From positions 68,436 through 132,435 of the forward strand of contig DATLVR010000119.1 of the NCBI GenBank assembly GCA_035577265.1: DNA of 64,000 nt. The letters are read 5' to 3'. Positions within the stretch are counted from its first letter, which is position 1; every line of letters starts with the position of its first letter. The notes beneath the pieces are model-generated. The model saw only the letters and a program-made list of their open reading frames with translations, searched no databases and had not been told where the DNA came from. Made by a program: the position numbers and the translations under genes. Source of the DNA: Verrucomicrobiia bacterium (GTDB lineage Bacteria; Verrucomicrobiota; Verrucomicrobiia; Limisphaerales; UBA11358). Positions 30,659-40,042 of the stretch are shown here, in pieces.

Positions 30659-33600
30659 TTAATTCCCGGGGTATACCAGCCGGAAAAAGACACTGCCAGA
30701 GGTTGGATTAACCGGGAACGTCATCCGGTTGGTGTTGGTTGATGCGGGAATGGTCATCCAATTGGTTCCAAGCCCCTCATTCAACAAATTTGTCTGCACC
30801 TGCAAACTCCAGCCCGTGCGATCCGCCGGCCAGTCCATCTGTATCTGCCCGTTACTGGTCGTGAAGTTGAGTGGTGGCGAGGTCGTGGATACGGGTCGCG
30901 CACTGGCTTGAATGGAAATCGGACTCTCGCCGTAGAGGTTCGTCGCCGTGACGACATAATAATACAATGTTCCATTGGTCAGACTGCTGTCCGAGTAACT
31001 GAGATATGCCAGATTGGTGGCGATGGTCGTGTAGGGCCCGCCGCTTAAAGTGGACCGTTTCAAGTTGTAGCCGGAGGCGCTCACACTGGCGGCCCATGAT
31101 AGATTGACCTGCCCGCCGACGGCAGTCCCGGTCAGGCCGGCTGGAGCCGGCGGCGATGTTCCGAAAACGTTGAACTCGTCAATGCTCCAAAAAGTTCCCG
31201 GGGCGCTGCCGGTCTGGAGGATCCGGATGTAACGCGCCGACTGCGGAACAAACGTGATGGTGGTGATGCTCGAAGAACCGGTTCCGGTTGCAATGGAGCC
31301 ACCCCAAGTAACACCGTCGTTGGAGACATAAACCTGATAGCCGCGCGGATAATCATTGGCCGAATTGACATAATTCAAAACGATTTTGTTAAACGCATTG
31401 GCCGAACCCAGGTCCACTTGAAACCACTGACCATTGACTTGCGATGTGCCCGTGGACCAGCGCGTGGTGAGATTGCCGTCCAGTGCATTGCCCGGCGCAT
31501 CGCTTCCCGTGGTGCTGGAACTGGCCACCCACATCGTCCGGCTCAGCGTGCCGGGCATGGCGTAAACCTGCGATGAATTGACACTCTCGCCGGCCAGGTT
31601 CTGGGCGGAGACCACATAGTAATAGGTCGTGCCGTTGACCAGTCCGGTGTCAGTGTAGCCAGAGCTTGGCACATTGGTGGCGATGACCGTGTAAGATCCG
31701 CCGCTGGTCGTGGAACGTTTGACGTTGTAACTGGTCGCGCCGACGGAAGCGATCCAGCTTAAGGTGGTCTGGGCATTGCCCGCGGTCGCGACCGGGTTGG
31801 CGGGCGTCGCGGGCGGCACGCCGCTGACAAATCCGACGATGAAGGATTCGGCGGTCCCAATCGTGGTGCTCTGAGCGATCAACGGATTGTCCCCGCCATT
31901 GGGCGCGGTGACATATTTGCCATCGTTCATGGCGCGAATGCCAATATTGCCGCCACCGGCATCAAATTCGGTAAACGTCTCCCAACTGCCGACGCCAGTC
32001 CGGTTGGCGATCAGCGGGCTGGCACCGTTGTTTTCCGCGCAGACATACTGGGTGTTGACCAGAGCAAGCAAGCCGATGTTGCCGCCACCCGCATCCACCA
32101 CCTGAAATTGCTCTGGCGTGCCGGCCGAGACGCTTGAAGCAATCAATGAATCGGCGCCGCCGTTGGGTGCCGTGACATATTCGCCATTGATCAGGGATTT
32201 CAAGGAATAGGTGTTACCAACGATCAATTGATGTGAAAGCGTTGGTGGCGCGGTAAAGAAACCGAAGAATTGGACGTTGAATAAAACTCCGCCACCGCCA
32301 GTGTAAACCAGATAAACCGCATGCGTTCCACTCGCACCGGTGATATTGCAATACGCATTCAAGTAGGTTTGTCCGCCGCCGGTTCCTGGAACCACGCAGG
32401 TTCCGACCAATGTTCCCACTGGACTGTCGAGCCGGATTTCAATATTGCCACCGGAACCGACGCCGGCCACCCGGGCGACAAAGGTATTTGCGCCCGTCAG
32501 ATTGATATTGTTGTAAGCCGACCAATCGCCTGCTTCGAGGCTGGTGATGTCCTGCCCGCCTTCGGCGCATCGCTCAATCACCACGCCCGACATGGTGTTG
32601 TAATTTGCCGCCGCCGTTGGGAAAGTTATGGCATAGCCAACGGCGCTGTTGGTAAAGGCCACGCGTCCGACGTTGAGTCCGGTCACGGAATTGGAATTGA
32701 TGATGGCATTTCCCGTGACACCCGTCCCCAAACTGCCGCCCCCGACCATGATGCCATCCTGGCCGGGGTGGATGATCGTGTTGTATTGAAAAACATTGTT
32801 CGTGCCGGTTGTGAATCCCACCGCGCTGAAGAGTGAATCCGTGATGATGTTCGAAGCGCAATAGGTATTCGCGACCGTGCCGACGCTTTGCCCATCGCCG
32901 CCATTGCCGATCATCATGGCGGGCTGTTGTTGCAGATAACCATTGCCACCACAGCGCAAGACGACATTTCCCAGAACCGTCGCGGAAATCAGATCGGAAC
33001 CGTTCACGCCGAACTTGCCCACGCCCAACCCGACGTAACGCGCCGTGTCATGCAGATAATTATTGGTGACTGTCTGATTGATGCCGCCGTAGATTGCCAT
33101 GTTCTTGCCACCCCACGCCCCGATCGCCGTGTTGTTGATATAAGCGATGTTGCTCATCATCGTGTAGTAAGTGGCGGTCGATCCATTCACGTTGTAATTA
33201 ACGGAATTGATGGCCATGGCGTCATCACCGGTGCCCCGGACGAAATTGTTGGAATAGGTCAGGTTCATCCCAATGCCGGAACTGCCCTCCACGTTATTGA
33301 AGTTGCCACCGTCCGACCACACACTCAGCACGCGGCAATTTTGCGCCGTGCCGCCGACACCGGAACACCAGAAGGCGGAAGTCACATGCTGGATCCAGAC
33401 ATTATCTACGAGCCAATTGTTGCCGCTGAAATTGACCGCCCCGTTATTGTTGTTGCCCGCCCGGCTGGAAGAATTGCAGTCCAAAGCAACTCCCCGCAAT
33501 GTGGAAGAGGTGGTCGTGATGATATTATTCACGCCCTGTGAATTGTTGTTCGGTGTGACGCGATACAGCGTGCTATACCATGGCCCGGCGCCCTCAATTT

Positions 33601-34399
33601 TTATTCCCGACGCTTTAATTCCGCCGCTGATCGCGCTGAAGTAATAGGTTCCCGGCGGTATCCAGGCGCTTTTGCCCTGTGACTGGGCCGCGATGAAGCA
33701 GTTATTGATCGCAGCGGTATTATCCACGGCGATGTTGTTCGACACCGCAAAGTAGCTTGCGATGGAAAGTGAATTAGCCGGTTGCGTCAGCGGTGCAGGC
33801 GGATTTTCCAAATCAACCACGTCCAGGTAATAAAACGAGGCGGTGTTGGTTGAATCCTTACGCAACATGATGGTATCGCCCGGCGCAACGGCGGCACCCG
33901 TGATGAAGGCATGCGTGTCGTTCCAGAAACCGCGCGGATTGCCATCCGCCGGATTTTTATCGGCCTGGCCGTTGTAGTTGGTACCTTCGTAACAGTAACT
34001 TTGCAGCGAGTTGACGCTGAAGGCCTGGCGGAACGTGCCGTTGACATACAAGTCAATCGTATTGGTAATGCCCCCACCTGTGGGCGCATCGGGAATACAG
34101 GATCGTAAATTCAGCGCCGTGAAATTTTGGCCGGTGGTGTTCGTCCACGTCACCGACTGGCCGGTGACAGTGAGTTGAACATAGGCATGACCTGACGCCT
34201 CGAGCTCTGGACTTGAATACTGGGTCGTGGGAGCCGACGTGAGTGAAACTACCGCGGCCCCGCCGCCAAGGATGCCGCTTTCGGCCTCCACACTCGTGAA
34301 AGGAGTTGTCGCGCCGACTCCGGCATGGGCCTTGTCTCCAAGACACAGACCTGTCATCACCACCATCAGCGAACCCCAAAAGCGAAGCGAGCGGGTCAT
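30659..34399 (-). CDS. Multidomain secreted beta-helix enzyme (possibly GH87-like alpha-1,3-glucanase/mycodextranase): N-terminal beta-sandwich, right-handed beta-helix, CBM6-like, beta-trefoil (3 repeats), FN3, F5/8 type C, FN3, C-terminal module
   Basis: Signal peptide MTRSLRFWGSLMVVMTGLCLGDKAHA. TTPFTSVEAESG...EASGHAYVQL...NLRSCIPDAPTGGG...IDLYVNG resembles the N-terminal sandwich of mycodextranase-type proteins (from memory). Long NxxG/NN-rich beta-helix turns follow. The CBM6-like block is DWSAYNNINLTGANTFVARVAG. A three-fold repeat YVTAPNGG...LIA...FxV fits a beta-trefoil. NALDGNLTTRWSTG is discoidin-like. Ends GSVFFRLVYPGN. Confidence 0.85.
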   Translation of the reverse strand: MTRSLRFWGSLMVVMTGLCLGDKAHAGVGATTPFTSVEAESGILGGGAAVVSLTSAPTTQYSSPELEASGHAYVQLTVTGQSVTWTNTTGQNFTALNLRSCIPDAPTGGGITNTIDLYVNGTFRQAFSVNSLQSYCYEGTNYNGQADKNPADGNPRGFWNDTHAFITGAAVAPGDTIMLRKDSTNTASFYYLDVVDLENPPAPLTQPANSLSIASYFAVSNNIAVDNTAAINNCFIAAQSQGKSAWIPPGTYYFSAISGGIKASGIKIEGAGPWYSTLYRVTPNNNSQGVNNIITTTSSTLRGVALDCNSSSRAGNNNNGAVNFSGNNWLVDNVWIQHVTSAFWCSGVGGTAQNCRVLSVWSDGGNFNNVEGSSGIGMNLTYSNNFVRGTGDDAMAINSVNYNVNGSTATYYTMMSNIAYINNTAIGAWGGKNMAIYGGINQTVTNNYLHDTARYVGLGVGKFGVNGSDLISATVLGNVVLRCGGNGYLQQQPAMMIGNGGDGQSVGTVANTYCASNIITDSLFSAVGFTTGTNNVFQYNTIIHPGQDGIMVGGGSLGTGVTGNAIINSNSVTGLNVGRVAFTNSAVGYAITFPTAAANYNTMSGVVIERCAEGGQDITSLEAGDWSAYNNINLTGANTFVARVAGVGSGGNIEIRLDSPVGTLVGTCVVPGTGGGQTYLNAYCNITGASGTHAVYLVYTGGGGVLFNVQFFGFFTAPPTLSHQLIVGNTYSLKSLINGEYVTAPNGGADSLIASSVSAGTPEQFQVVDAGGGNIGLLALVNTQYVCAENNGASPLIANRTGVGSWETFTEFDAGGGNIGIRAMNDGKYVTAPNGGDNPLIAQSTTIGTAESFIVGFVSGVPPATPANPVATAGNAQTTLSWIASVGATSYNVKRSTTSGGSYTVIATNVPSSGYTDTGLVNGTTYYYVVSAQNLAGESVNSSQVYAMPGTLSRTMWVASSSTTGSDAPGNALDGNLTTRWSTGTSQVNGQWFQVDLGSANAFNKIVLNYVNSANDYPRGYQVYVSNDGVTWGGSIATGTGSSSITTITFVPQSARYIRILQTGSAPGTFWSIDEFNVFGTSPPAPAGLTGTAVGGQVNLSWAASVSASGYNLKRSTLSGGPYTTIATNLAYLSYSDSSLTNGTLYYYVVTATNLYGESPISIQASARPVSTTSPPLNFTTSNGQIQMDWPADRTGWSLQVQTNLLNEGLGTNWMTIPASTNTNRMTFPVNPTSGSVFFRLVYPGN

Positions 34400-35328
34400 T
34401 ACTTCAATCCTTTCACTGAATTCTGTATTTCCAGAGGGAAATTGGTGATGGCTTGAATCTCCATGCGGCGATAACAGGCTTCAGCACCTTCGGACTGAAG
34501 TTGAATCTGTCCCGCCGTGAGCGGCTTCTTAATATCCGGCGGGCCGTCGATGATGCAGGCGTTCTGCAAGACCTGGACCACGTGGCCATTGACCACGCTG
34601 ACGGCGGTTTGGCCAATCGTGTAAATCTCCAGCACATTCCATTCACCGTTGGGTTTCTCAAAATCTCCAATCAGGTGGGCGGACTTGAAGCCGACTCCGC
34701 CCGGCCCGTTGCCGAACTTTTGAACTTCACCGCCGGGATCATAGGACCAGTCACGCGCGCCTTTGCGCGCCGTGATATCAGCACCGGTTCCACCGAGACA
34801 ATACAAGTCGCCCATGTTGTTCTCCTCGACCTGAAATTCCAGACAGCGTTTCCAAGCGTGCCAAAAGACACCGTGCGGCCCGGTGCAATGGTAGAGAATG
34901 CCGTTGTCGCGCGCCTCCGTCAATTTGGGCTCCCATTTGCGTTCACCCCATTTGAACTGCGTGCGGAAATGATAATTGGAAAAACTCTCGCGGGTGGTCA
35001 GGCCCCCGAAGATTTCGCCGCTGATGTGAAGCACCGGCTCACCCTCTTCCAGCTGCACGGTGAACACATGCTTGGGATCATGATTTAATCCCAGCGGTAT
35101 TCCTTCGTGGCCATCCGGACTGGTTGGCGTGCCGGCCGGCAGATTGGTGACGGTTGCGTGGGGGACCCCCATCCACAGTTCCCAGTCGGAAAGCTTTTCG
35201 TCGAAGAGCGGCCGCCAGCCATTTGTGGTTGTCTGCGCGGCGGCAGCCATCGCGATCATCATCGCGCTGATCACGATCAACGAGGATGGCTTGAATAATG
35301 GCGACTGCGCGGGGCGGCTGGTTTGCAT
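34399..35328 (-). CDS. DUF1080-family protein (3-keto-disaccharide-hydrolase-like), first gene of the operon
   Basis: The start was reset to MQTSRPAQSPLFKPSSLIVISAMMIAMAAAAQ (ATG at 35328), which looks like a signal peptide. WRPLFDEKLSDWELWMG ... FSNYHFRTQFKWG ... NGILYHC ... LEFQVEE ... IQLQSEGAEACYRRMEIQAI is the DUF1080 pattern. The stop overlaps the next gene's start by 1 nt. Confidence 0.85.
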   Translation of the reverse strand: MQTSRPAQSPLFKPSSLIVISAMMIAMAAAAQTTTNGWRPLFDEKLSDWELWMGVPHATVTNLPAGTPTSPDGHEGIPLGLNHDPKHVFTVQLEEGEPVLHISGEIFGGLTTRESFSNYHFRTQFKWGERKWEPKLTEARDNGILYHCTGPHGVFWHAWKRCLEFQVEENNMGDLYCLGGTGADITARKGARDWSYDPGGEVQKFGNGPGGVGFKSAHLIGDFEKPNGEWNVLEIYTIGQTAVSVVNGHVVQVLQNACIIDGPPDIKKPLTAGQIQLQSEGAEACYRRMEIQAITNFPLEIQNSVKGLK

Positions 35329-35497
35329 GATGATATGAGTGAACAATCTTATGGGGAAGCAGAGGGCCGCGTGGCTTGATGGATTACGTCGGTTGATTGG
35401 GTCATTGATCAAACGGTAACCGCGAATGAGCCGGCCCGCCATCCCCCAAAACGGGGACTTACCAAAAATCACTTTCACACAACAATGTCATTAACGC

Positions 35498-37813
35498 ATG
35501 ACTATCGAACCCAGAAAATTTGCGCCGGCGAACCAGAAATTCTCCGGCGACAAGCGACACACATTCTTTTTCACCCTGTCCGTGATGGCTGCAGCCCTGA
35601 CAGGCGGGATGCCGGCCTTGCAAGCACAGGACGCTCCGCCGCCCTATAAAAATGCAAGCCTCACCGTGGATGCACGCATTGCGGATCTTGTTGGGCGCAT
35701 GACACTGGAGGAAAAAGCGCGGCAGCTCGACATGTATTTTGGCTGTGAATCAGTTCTGGAAGCGAATCAATTCGTCGCCAGAACCCACGCCAGGCCGGAT
35801 GCCGGTTTCAATATGGCGATGGCGGAGAAAAATCTGGGAACGCTCGGCATCGGCTCGATTCACGATCTTTATCCCCGCGCCAAACTCTACAATCAGGTGC
35901 AAGCCTGGATCATAAAATCCAACCGCCTCGGCATTCCCGCCCTGTTCCTGGAAGAGGGTTTGCACGGTTACATGGATTCTGACGAAACGGTGTTTCCCCA
36001 AAGCGTCAATCTCGCGACGACGTGGAATCCAGAATTGGCGCGGCAAACCGGCGCGGCCATCGCCGCCCAGGCCCGTGCCAACGGCGTGGCCATGATCCTT
36101 GGGCCGGTGCTGGATGTCGCCCGCGATCCGCGCTGGGGACGCGTGGAGGAAAACTTTGGCGAAGACCCGTATCTCACCGGCCAGCTCGGCCTGGCTTACG
36201 TGGAAGGCATGCAGGGTGATTCGCTGAACACGGATCACACCGTCATCGCCGAGCCGAAACATTTTGCCGGCCACGGCAGCCCGGAAGGCGGACTCAACAT
36301 GTCGCCCGTCCACGCCGGCGAACGCGAAGTCCGTTCCATCATGCTGAAGTCGTTTGAACCCGCCATCCGCGAAGGCAAGGTGAATGGCATCATGGTGGCC
36401 TACCACGACCTTGACGGCGTCCCCTGCACGGGCAATCCCTGGCTGCTCAACACTGTTCTCCGCGACGAATGGGGCTTTCAAGGATTTGTCCTGTCCGACC
36501 TCGGCGCGATCCGCCGGCTCTACGACACCCATCACGTCGTGGATTCGCCCACCAACGCGGTCTTGCTCGCGCTCAATTCCGGCGTGGACATGCAGTTCTA
36601 CGATTTCGATCACGACATTTTTCAAGACGCCATCGTCAACGGCGTTAAAAATGGCAAGCTCAGCGAAGCCACCTTGAATCAGGCGGTCGCACGCGTGCTG
36701 CGCGTCAAGTTTATGCTCGGATTATTTGATCGTCCGTTCGTGGATGAAAACCTCGACGCCACCGTCCGGCACTCACCGCAACAAGCCGGCCTCGCGCTCG
36801 AATCCGCGCGCCAGTCCATGTGCCTGCTCAAAAACGAAGGCCATCTTCTGCCTTTGGGAAAAAATCTCAAACGCATCGCCGTCATCGGACCGAACGCCAG
36901 CCTTGCCCGGCTGGGCGACTATTCCGAAGGTGCGCAGGAAGGCTCCAAGGAAGGAATGCTCGAACAAATCAAGCAGCGGGTTAAATCGAACACCGAGGTG
37001 ACTTTCGCCGATGGCGGGAATATCAAAGAGGCCGTCGCACTGGCCAGAGCAGCCGACGTCGTGATTCTTGGCCTCGGTGAATGGCAGAAAATTTCCGGCG
37101 AAGGTTTTGATCGCTCCGACTTGAATCTTCCCGGCAAACAGGAGGACCTGCTGGAAGCCGTCGCTGCCACCGGCAAGCCGGTGGTGCTGGTCTTGCAGAA
37201 CGGCCGGCCGCTGACCATCACCTGGGCGGCCAAACACGTTCCGGCCATCTTGGAAGCGTGGTATCCCGGTGAATCCGGCGGACGCGCCATCGCTGAAACT
37301 TTATTGGGCGACAACAACCCGGCGGGCCGGTTGCCGATCACCTTCCCGCGTAGCGTCGGACAAATCCCGATTTTCTACAATCATTTCCCCTCCAAGAAAG
37401 ATTCCTACATCGAAGGCGACAGCTCCCCGCTGTTTGTCTTCGGGCACGGATTGAGTTACACGACCTTCAAATACGATGGCCTCAAAGTCACCGCGCCTTC
37501 GGCCCGCAGCACCGAAGATGTCCTGATCACCTGCAAAATCACCAACACCGGCAAACGTGAAGGTGATGAAGTGGCGCAGCTTTACGTGCATCAGGAAACC
37601 GCGAGCGTGGCCACGCCGGTCAAAGCCCTCAAGGGGTTTTCAAGGATTCATCTGAAGCCTGCAGAGTCGAAGGTCGTCACGTTTCAATTGAAGCAGTCAG
37701 ACCTTGCGGTTTGGAATGCGAATCAGAAATGGCAGGTGGAACCGGGCAAATACACGGTCATGATGGGCGGCGATTCATCCGGCGGTCTATCGGCTAAGTT
37801 CGCTTTGGAATGA
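35498..37813 (+). CDS. GH3-family beta-glucosidase (BglX-like)
   Basis: EEGLHGY, KHFAGHGSPEGG and GFVLSDLGAI (the nucleophile Asp context), then a C-terminal Fn3-like region with VAQLYV. Divergent from the giant-enzyme operon. Confidence 0.9.
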   Translation: MTIEPRKFAPANQKFSGDKRHTFFFTLSVMAAALTGGMPALQAQDAPPPYKNASLTVDARIADLVGRMTLEEKARQLDMYFGCESVLEANQFVARTHARPDAGFNMAMAEKNLGTLGIGSIHDLYPRAKLYNQVQAWIIKSNRLGIPALFLEEGLHGYMDSDETVFPQSVNLATTWNPELARQTGAAIAAQARANGVAMILGPVLDVARDPRWGRVEENFGEDPYLTGQLGLAYVEGMQGDSLNTDHTVIAEPKHFAGHGSPEGGLNMSPVHAGEREVRSIMLKSFEPAIREGKVNGIMVAYHDLDGVPCTGNPWLLNTVLRDEWGFQGFVLSDLGAIRRLYDTHHVVDSPTNAVLLALNSGVDMQFYDFDHDIFQDAIVNGVKNGKLSEATLNQAVARVLRVKFMLGLFDRPFVDENLDATVRHSPQQAGLALESARQSMCLLKNEGHLLPLGKNLKRIAVIGPNASLARLGDYSEGAQEGSKEGMLEQIKQRVKSNTEVTFADGGNIKEAVALARAADVVILGLGEWQKISGEGFDRSDLNLPGKQEDLLEAVAATGKPVVLVLQNGRPLTITWAAKHVPAILEAWYPGESGGRAIAETLLGDNNPAGRLPITFPRSVGQIPIFYNHFPSKKDSYIEGDSSPLFVFGHGLSYTTFKYDGLKVTAPSARSTEDVLITCKITNTGKREGDEVAQLYVHQETASVATPVKALKGFSRIHLKPAESKVVTFQLKQSDLAVWNANQKWQVEPGKYTVMMGGDSSGGLSAKFALE

Positions 37814-37863
37814 ATCAACCATTCACCTAGCACTGGACTGATGAATCCTAATTGAAGGGACCT

Positions 37864-38115
37864 TCATTGTAGAAAATGAAATCCGCCGACAGAATATCCA
37901 ACGCCCGCAACCAAAAGTCCGAATATAGAAATGAGCATCGGCTTCCATGTTTTCTTAAAATTGAGGACAAGGTAAATCAGGTCAATAAATGGAATAAACA
38001 AGCATCCAAGGAACCAAGCCAGACTGTGGCGAAAAACGATAGCCAGGAACATCACGTTACCAGCGATCCCAATTATCATACCCAGCCAGAACAATATGTA
38101 ACCAACTGTTGTCAT
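37864..38115 (-). CDS. Small membrane protein (83 aa, 3 predicted TM segments)
   Basis: Hydrophobic runs ILFWLGMIIGIAGNVMFLAIVF, FLGCLFIPFIDLIYLVL and MLISIFGLLVAGVGY. The ATG lies 12 nt after the GTTAGGC core of repeat c0. Confidence 0.7.
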   Translation of the reverse strand: MTTVGYILFWLGMIIGIAGNVMFLAIVFRHSLAWFLGCLFIPFIDLIYLVLNFKKTWKPMLISIFGLLVAGVGYSVGGFHFLQ

Positions 38116-38125
38116 ACTCGGTGAT

Positions 38126-38218
38126 GCCTAACGTCCCGGCTCAGGCACGCCGGGCCGATGATAATCGATTGTCAATCGAGACGCGATCTCGGCATTGCCT
38201 GCAGCCGGTTTGTTGGCT
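38126..38218 (-). repeat. attC-like structured repeat c0, overlapping the GNAT gene 3' end
   Basis: Minus strand: AGCCAAC-aaaccg-GCTGCAGGCAATGCC...GGCGTGCCTGAGCC-gggac-GTTAGGC. The arms pair over 13 bp with one mismatch plus two unpaired bases, at the same positions as in c1. Confidence 0.5.
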
Positions 38219-38730
38219 GGCAGAACAAGCCATTCGTCCCGCAAACAACCCATGATCACAATGTCATCCTCAGCGCCATCCAGAAACCGCGCGCACCGCT
38301 TTCGGCCCTCAATCACAAAGCCCTCTCGCTCGTAAAGTCCAACAGCGATCTTGTTTGAAGCAAACACTTCCAATTCGACGCGCTTTAAGGCTTTGGCAAA
38401 GACCCAGCTCAATGCTTCACGAACAAGTCGGCGTCCTAGACCCTGGCCACGAAAAGACGGCAGCAGCCCCATGCCCAAGCGGCCCACATGGCGCATCCCC
38501 TCAAAAGGAACTGGGGTCACATCGCACCACCCTACAATCCTGGCGTCGGCGACCACTACAATCTGAATCCCGCCGCTGTCCGAGAGTGAGGCTATGAACG
38601 CACGAGTTTGCTCTGCGCTGAACCCGGAGGTATTCCCCAAATACCGCCGCTCTCTAGAAACAGCATCGACACAAGCAGAGACAGCGTCGGCATCCTCCGG
38701 AGTACTGGAACGCATTGTAATCATCGTCAT
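38128..38730 (-). CDS. GNAT-family N-acetyltransferase
   Basis: The RGQGLGRRLVREAL motif (Q/RxxGxG/A acetyl-CoA loop) and overall GNAT pattern (LEVFASNKIAVGLYEREGF). The start was reset to MTMITMRSST (ATG at 38730) because the track start at 38772 reads through repeat c1. Confidence 0.85.
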   Translation of the reverse strand: MTMITMRSSTPEDADAVSACVDAVSRERRYLGNTSGFSAEQTRAFIASLSDSGGIQIVVVADARIVGWCDVTPVPFEGMRHVGRLGMGLLPSFRGQGLGRRLVREALSWVFAKALKRVELEVFASNKIAVGLYEREGFVIEGRKRCARFLDGAEDDIVIMGCLRDEWLVLPANKPAAGNAEIASRLTIDYHRPGVPEPGR

Positions 38731-38748
38731 GGCAGAAAATGCTCCCAC

Positions 38749-38844
38749 AGCCAACGTCCAGAGCTCAGGCACGCGGGACCAAGAGCTGTGAACCGCGAAG
38801 CGGAACTGAGAGCGGCATCCCGCGTTGCCTGCAGCGATTTAGGC
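38749..38844 (-). repeat. attC-like structured repeat c1
   Basis: Minus strand: GCCTAAA-tc-GCTGCAGGCAACGCGGGA...TCCCGCGTGCCTGAGC-tctggac-GTTGGCT. The stem is 16 bp with two unpaired bases on one arm. The centre CAGTTCCGCTTCGCGGTT is shared with c2 and c3. Confidence 0.5.
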
Positions 38845-38944
38845 ATCATCATGCTGGCATATTCTCTTTCTTCGTTTGGTAATCCACTGTGCGACAAAAA
38901 ACAGAGCGACTGCAATAAAAATCTCTGCCGGAATCGTGCGCGCT

Positions 38945-39047
38945 GCGAAAACAAGTGCAGTCGAACGATCCGCAAGGGACAACAATGTCAACCGCGAAGG
39001 CGGAACTGAAAGCGCTCCCCGGCGTTGGCTGCAGCGCCTGGTTAGTC
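38945..39047 (-). repeat. attC-like structured repeat c2 (3' arm decayed)
   Basis: Minus strand starts GACTAAC-caggc-GCTGCAGCCAACGCCGGGGA. The centre CAGTTCCGCCTTCGCGGTT is conserved. The distal arm is only partly complementary and no clean core heptamer remains. Confidence 0.4.
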
Positions 39048-39057
39048 AAAAAATACG

Positions 39058-39552
39058 TCACCGCTTCTTGCTTGCAGCAACGAGTGCTTTTACCAGCTCA
39101 TCCGCAACTTCTTGAGTCCATCTGGCCGGATCATATTGATACCAATACTGGGTTGATTTAATCCCCGCAGCAGTCCAAAGAATGCCGCCTGTCTTCCGAT
39201 CAATAGCCTTGAGATCAATTCCAACGGTCGTATATCCCCTCGTAAATGAACCTTGGTAATAAGCCGTCACAATTCCTGCTATTTCAATGTCTCCTTTTTC
39301 TTGAACGACATGCTTTCCATACCTAACGAATGCTGACTCAACCGCCGCGCGGACAATGATTGCTGCGTCCGGATACACTGCTTTTTCACTTTTTAAATTG
39401 GCATCTTGAAACGCCGCGAAAAAATATGTAGCCTGGTTGTCTTCTGTCGTTGGCGTTCGTGTGGCTAATGCAACATATGGGTTCTGAGTTGCGCAACCTG
39501 ATATAACAACAGCAATGGCCACAAACGCCAGTAATGGTATCAATTTTTTCAT
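39058..39552 (-). CDS. Lipoprotein (164 aa)
   Basis: MKKLIPLLAFVAIAVVISGCATQ carries a lipobox (ISGC). The start was reset from the track's 39591. Repeat c2 begins 7 nt after the stop. Confidence 0.8.
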   Translation of the reverse strand: MKKLIPLLAFVAIAVVISGCATQNPYVALATRTPTTEDNQATYFFAAFQDANLKSEKAVYPDAAIIVRAAVESAFVRYGKHVVQEKGDIEIAGIVTAYYQGSFTRGYTTVGIDLKAIDRKTGGILWTAAGIKSTQYWYQYDPARWTQEVADELVKALVAASKKR

Positions 39553-39628
39553 GGTAGATTTTGCCTGATAACAACAGCTGAGCCATCCCAAATCTTTTTA
39601 GGTGCATCGACCATTAACTGGTTTCTGC

Positions 39629-39844
39629 TCATTGATTCATATTGTCAAAAAGATTATCTTCAAAAGCTGCACGTTCTGCCTCCTGATGACTGACACCCCG
39701 ATTTTCGTAATACTCTACAGCTTCGTGGTGCTCCACACCACTCAGTGGATCAAATGAAAAATTAGGGCCAATGGCGCACCCGCCTGCAAGAAGGCATAGA
39801 ATGCCGAACGAGCAACTCAATACAAGGTGTCGTTGAAACTTCAT
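39629..39844 (-). CDS. Small lipoprotein (71 aa)
   Basis: MKFQRHLVLSCSFGILCLLAGGCAIG carries a lipobox (AGGC). Confidence 0.65.
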   Translation of the reverse strand: MKFQRHLVLSCSFGILCLLAGGCAIGPNFSFDPLSGVEHHEAVEYYENRGVSHQEAERAAFEDNLFDNMNQ

Positions 39845-39949
39845 ATCTGCCGGTTTTGACGCCAGACCTGGCAGTCGTATTCATCGGCGTCACAAGCGTC
39901 AACGCCGACCGATTCGGAATACTTAAAATAGTCATAAATATTTACCGTC

Positions 39950-40042
39950 GCCTAACGAACAAAGCTGAACCACGCCGGACCAAAAACCGTGGACCGCGCA
40001 GCGGAACTGTCAGCGCCAACCCGCGTCGGCGACTGGTCAGGC
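39950..40042 (-). repeat. attC-like structured repeat c3 (arms diverged)
   Basis: Minus strand: GCCTGAC-cagtcgccgacgcggg...CAGTTCCGCTGCGCGGTC...ggtccggcgtggttcagc-tttgttc-GTTAGGC. It aligns with c1 end to end, but arm complementarity is weak. Confidence 0.4.

Noticed and set aside
38731-38772. N-terminal extension of the GNAT ORF (MPELWTLAVGAFSA...)
   Set aside because: The extension is encoded by repeat c1 (the same sequence recurs at the gene's own 3' end). The ATG at 38730 gives a normal GNAT length.
38849-39061. 70-aa ORF between repeats c1 and c2; also 38876..39115 and 38955..39161 on the plus strand
   Set aside because: These frames run through the structured repeats and have no start context or protein-like composition. 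The c2-c1 interval is treated as ORF-less.
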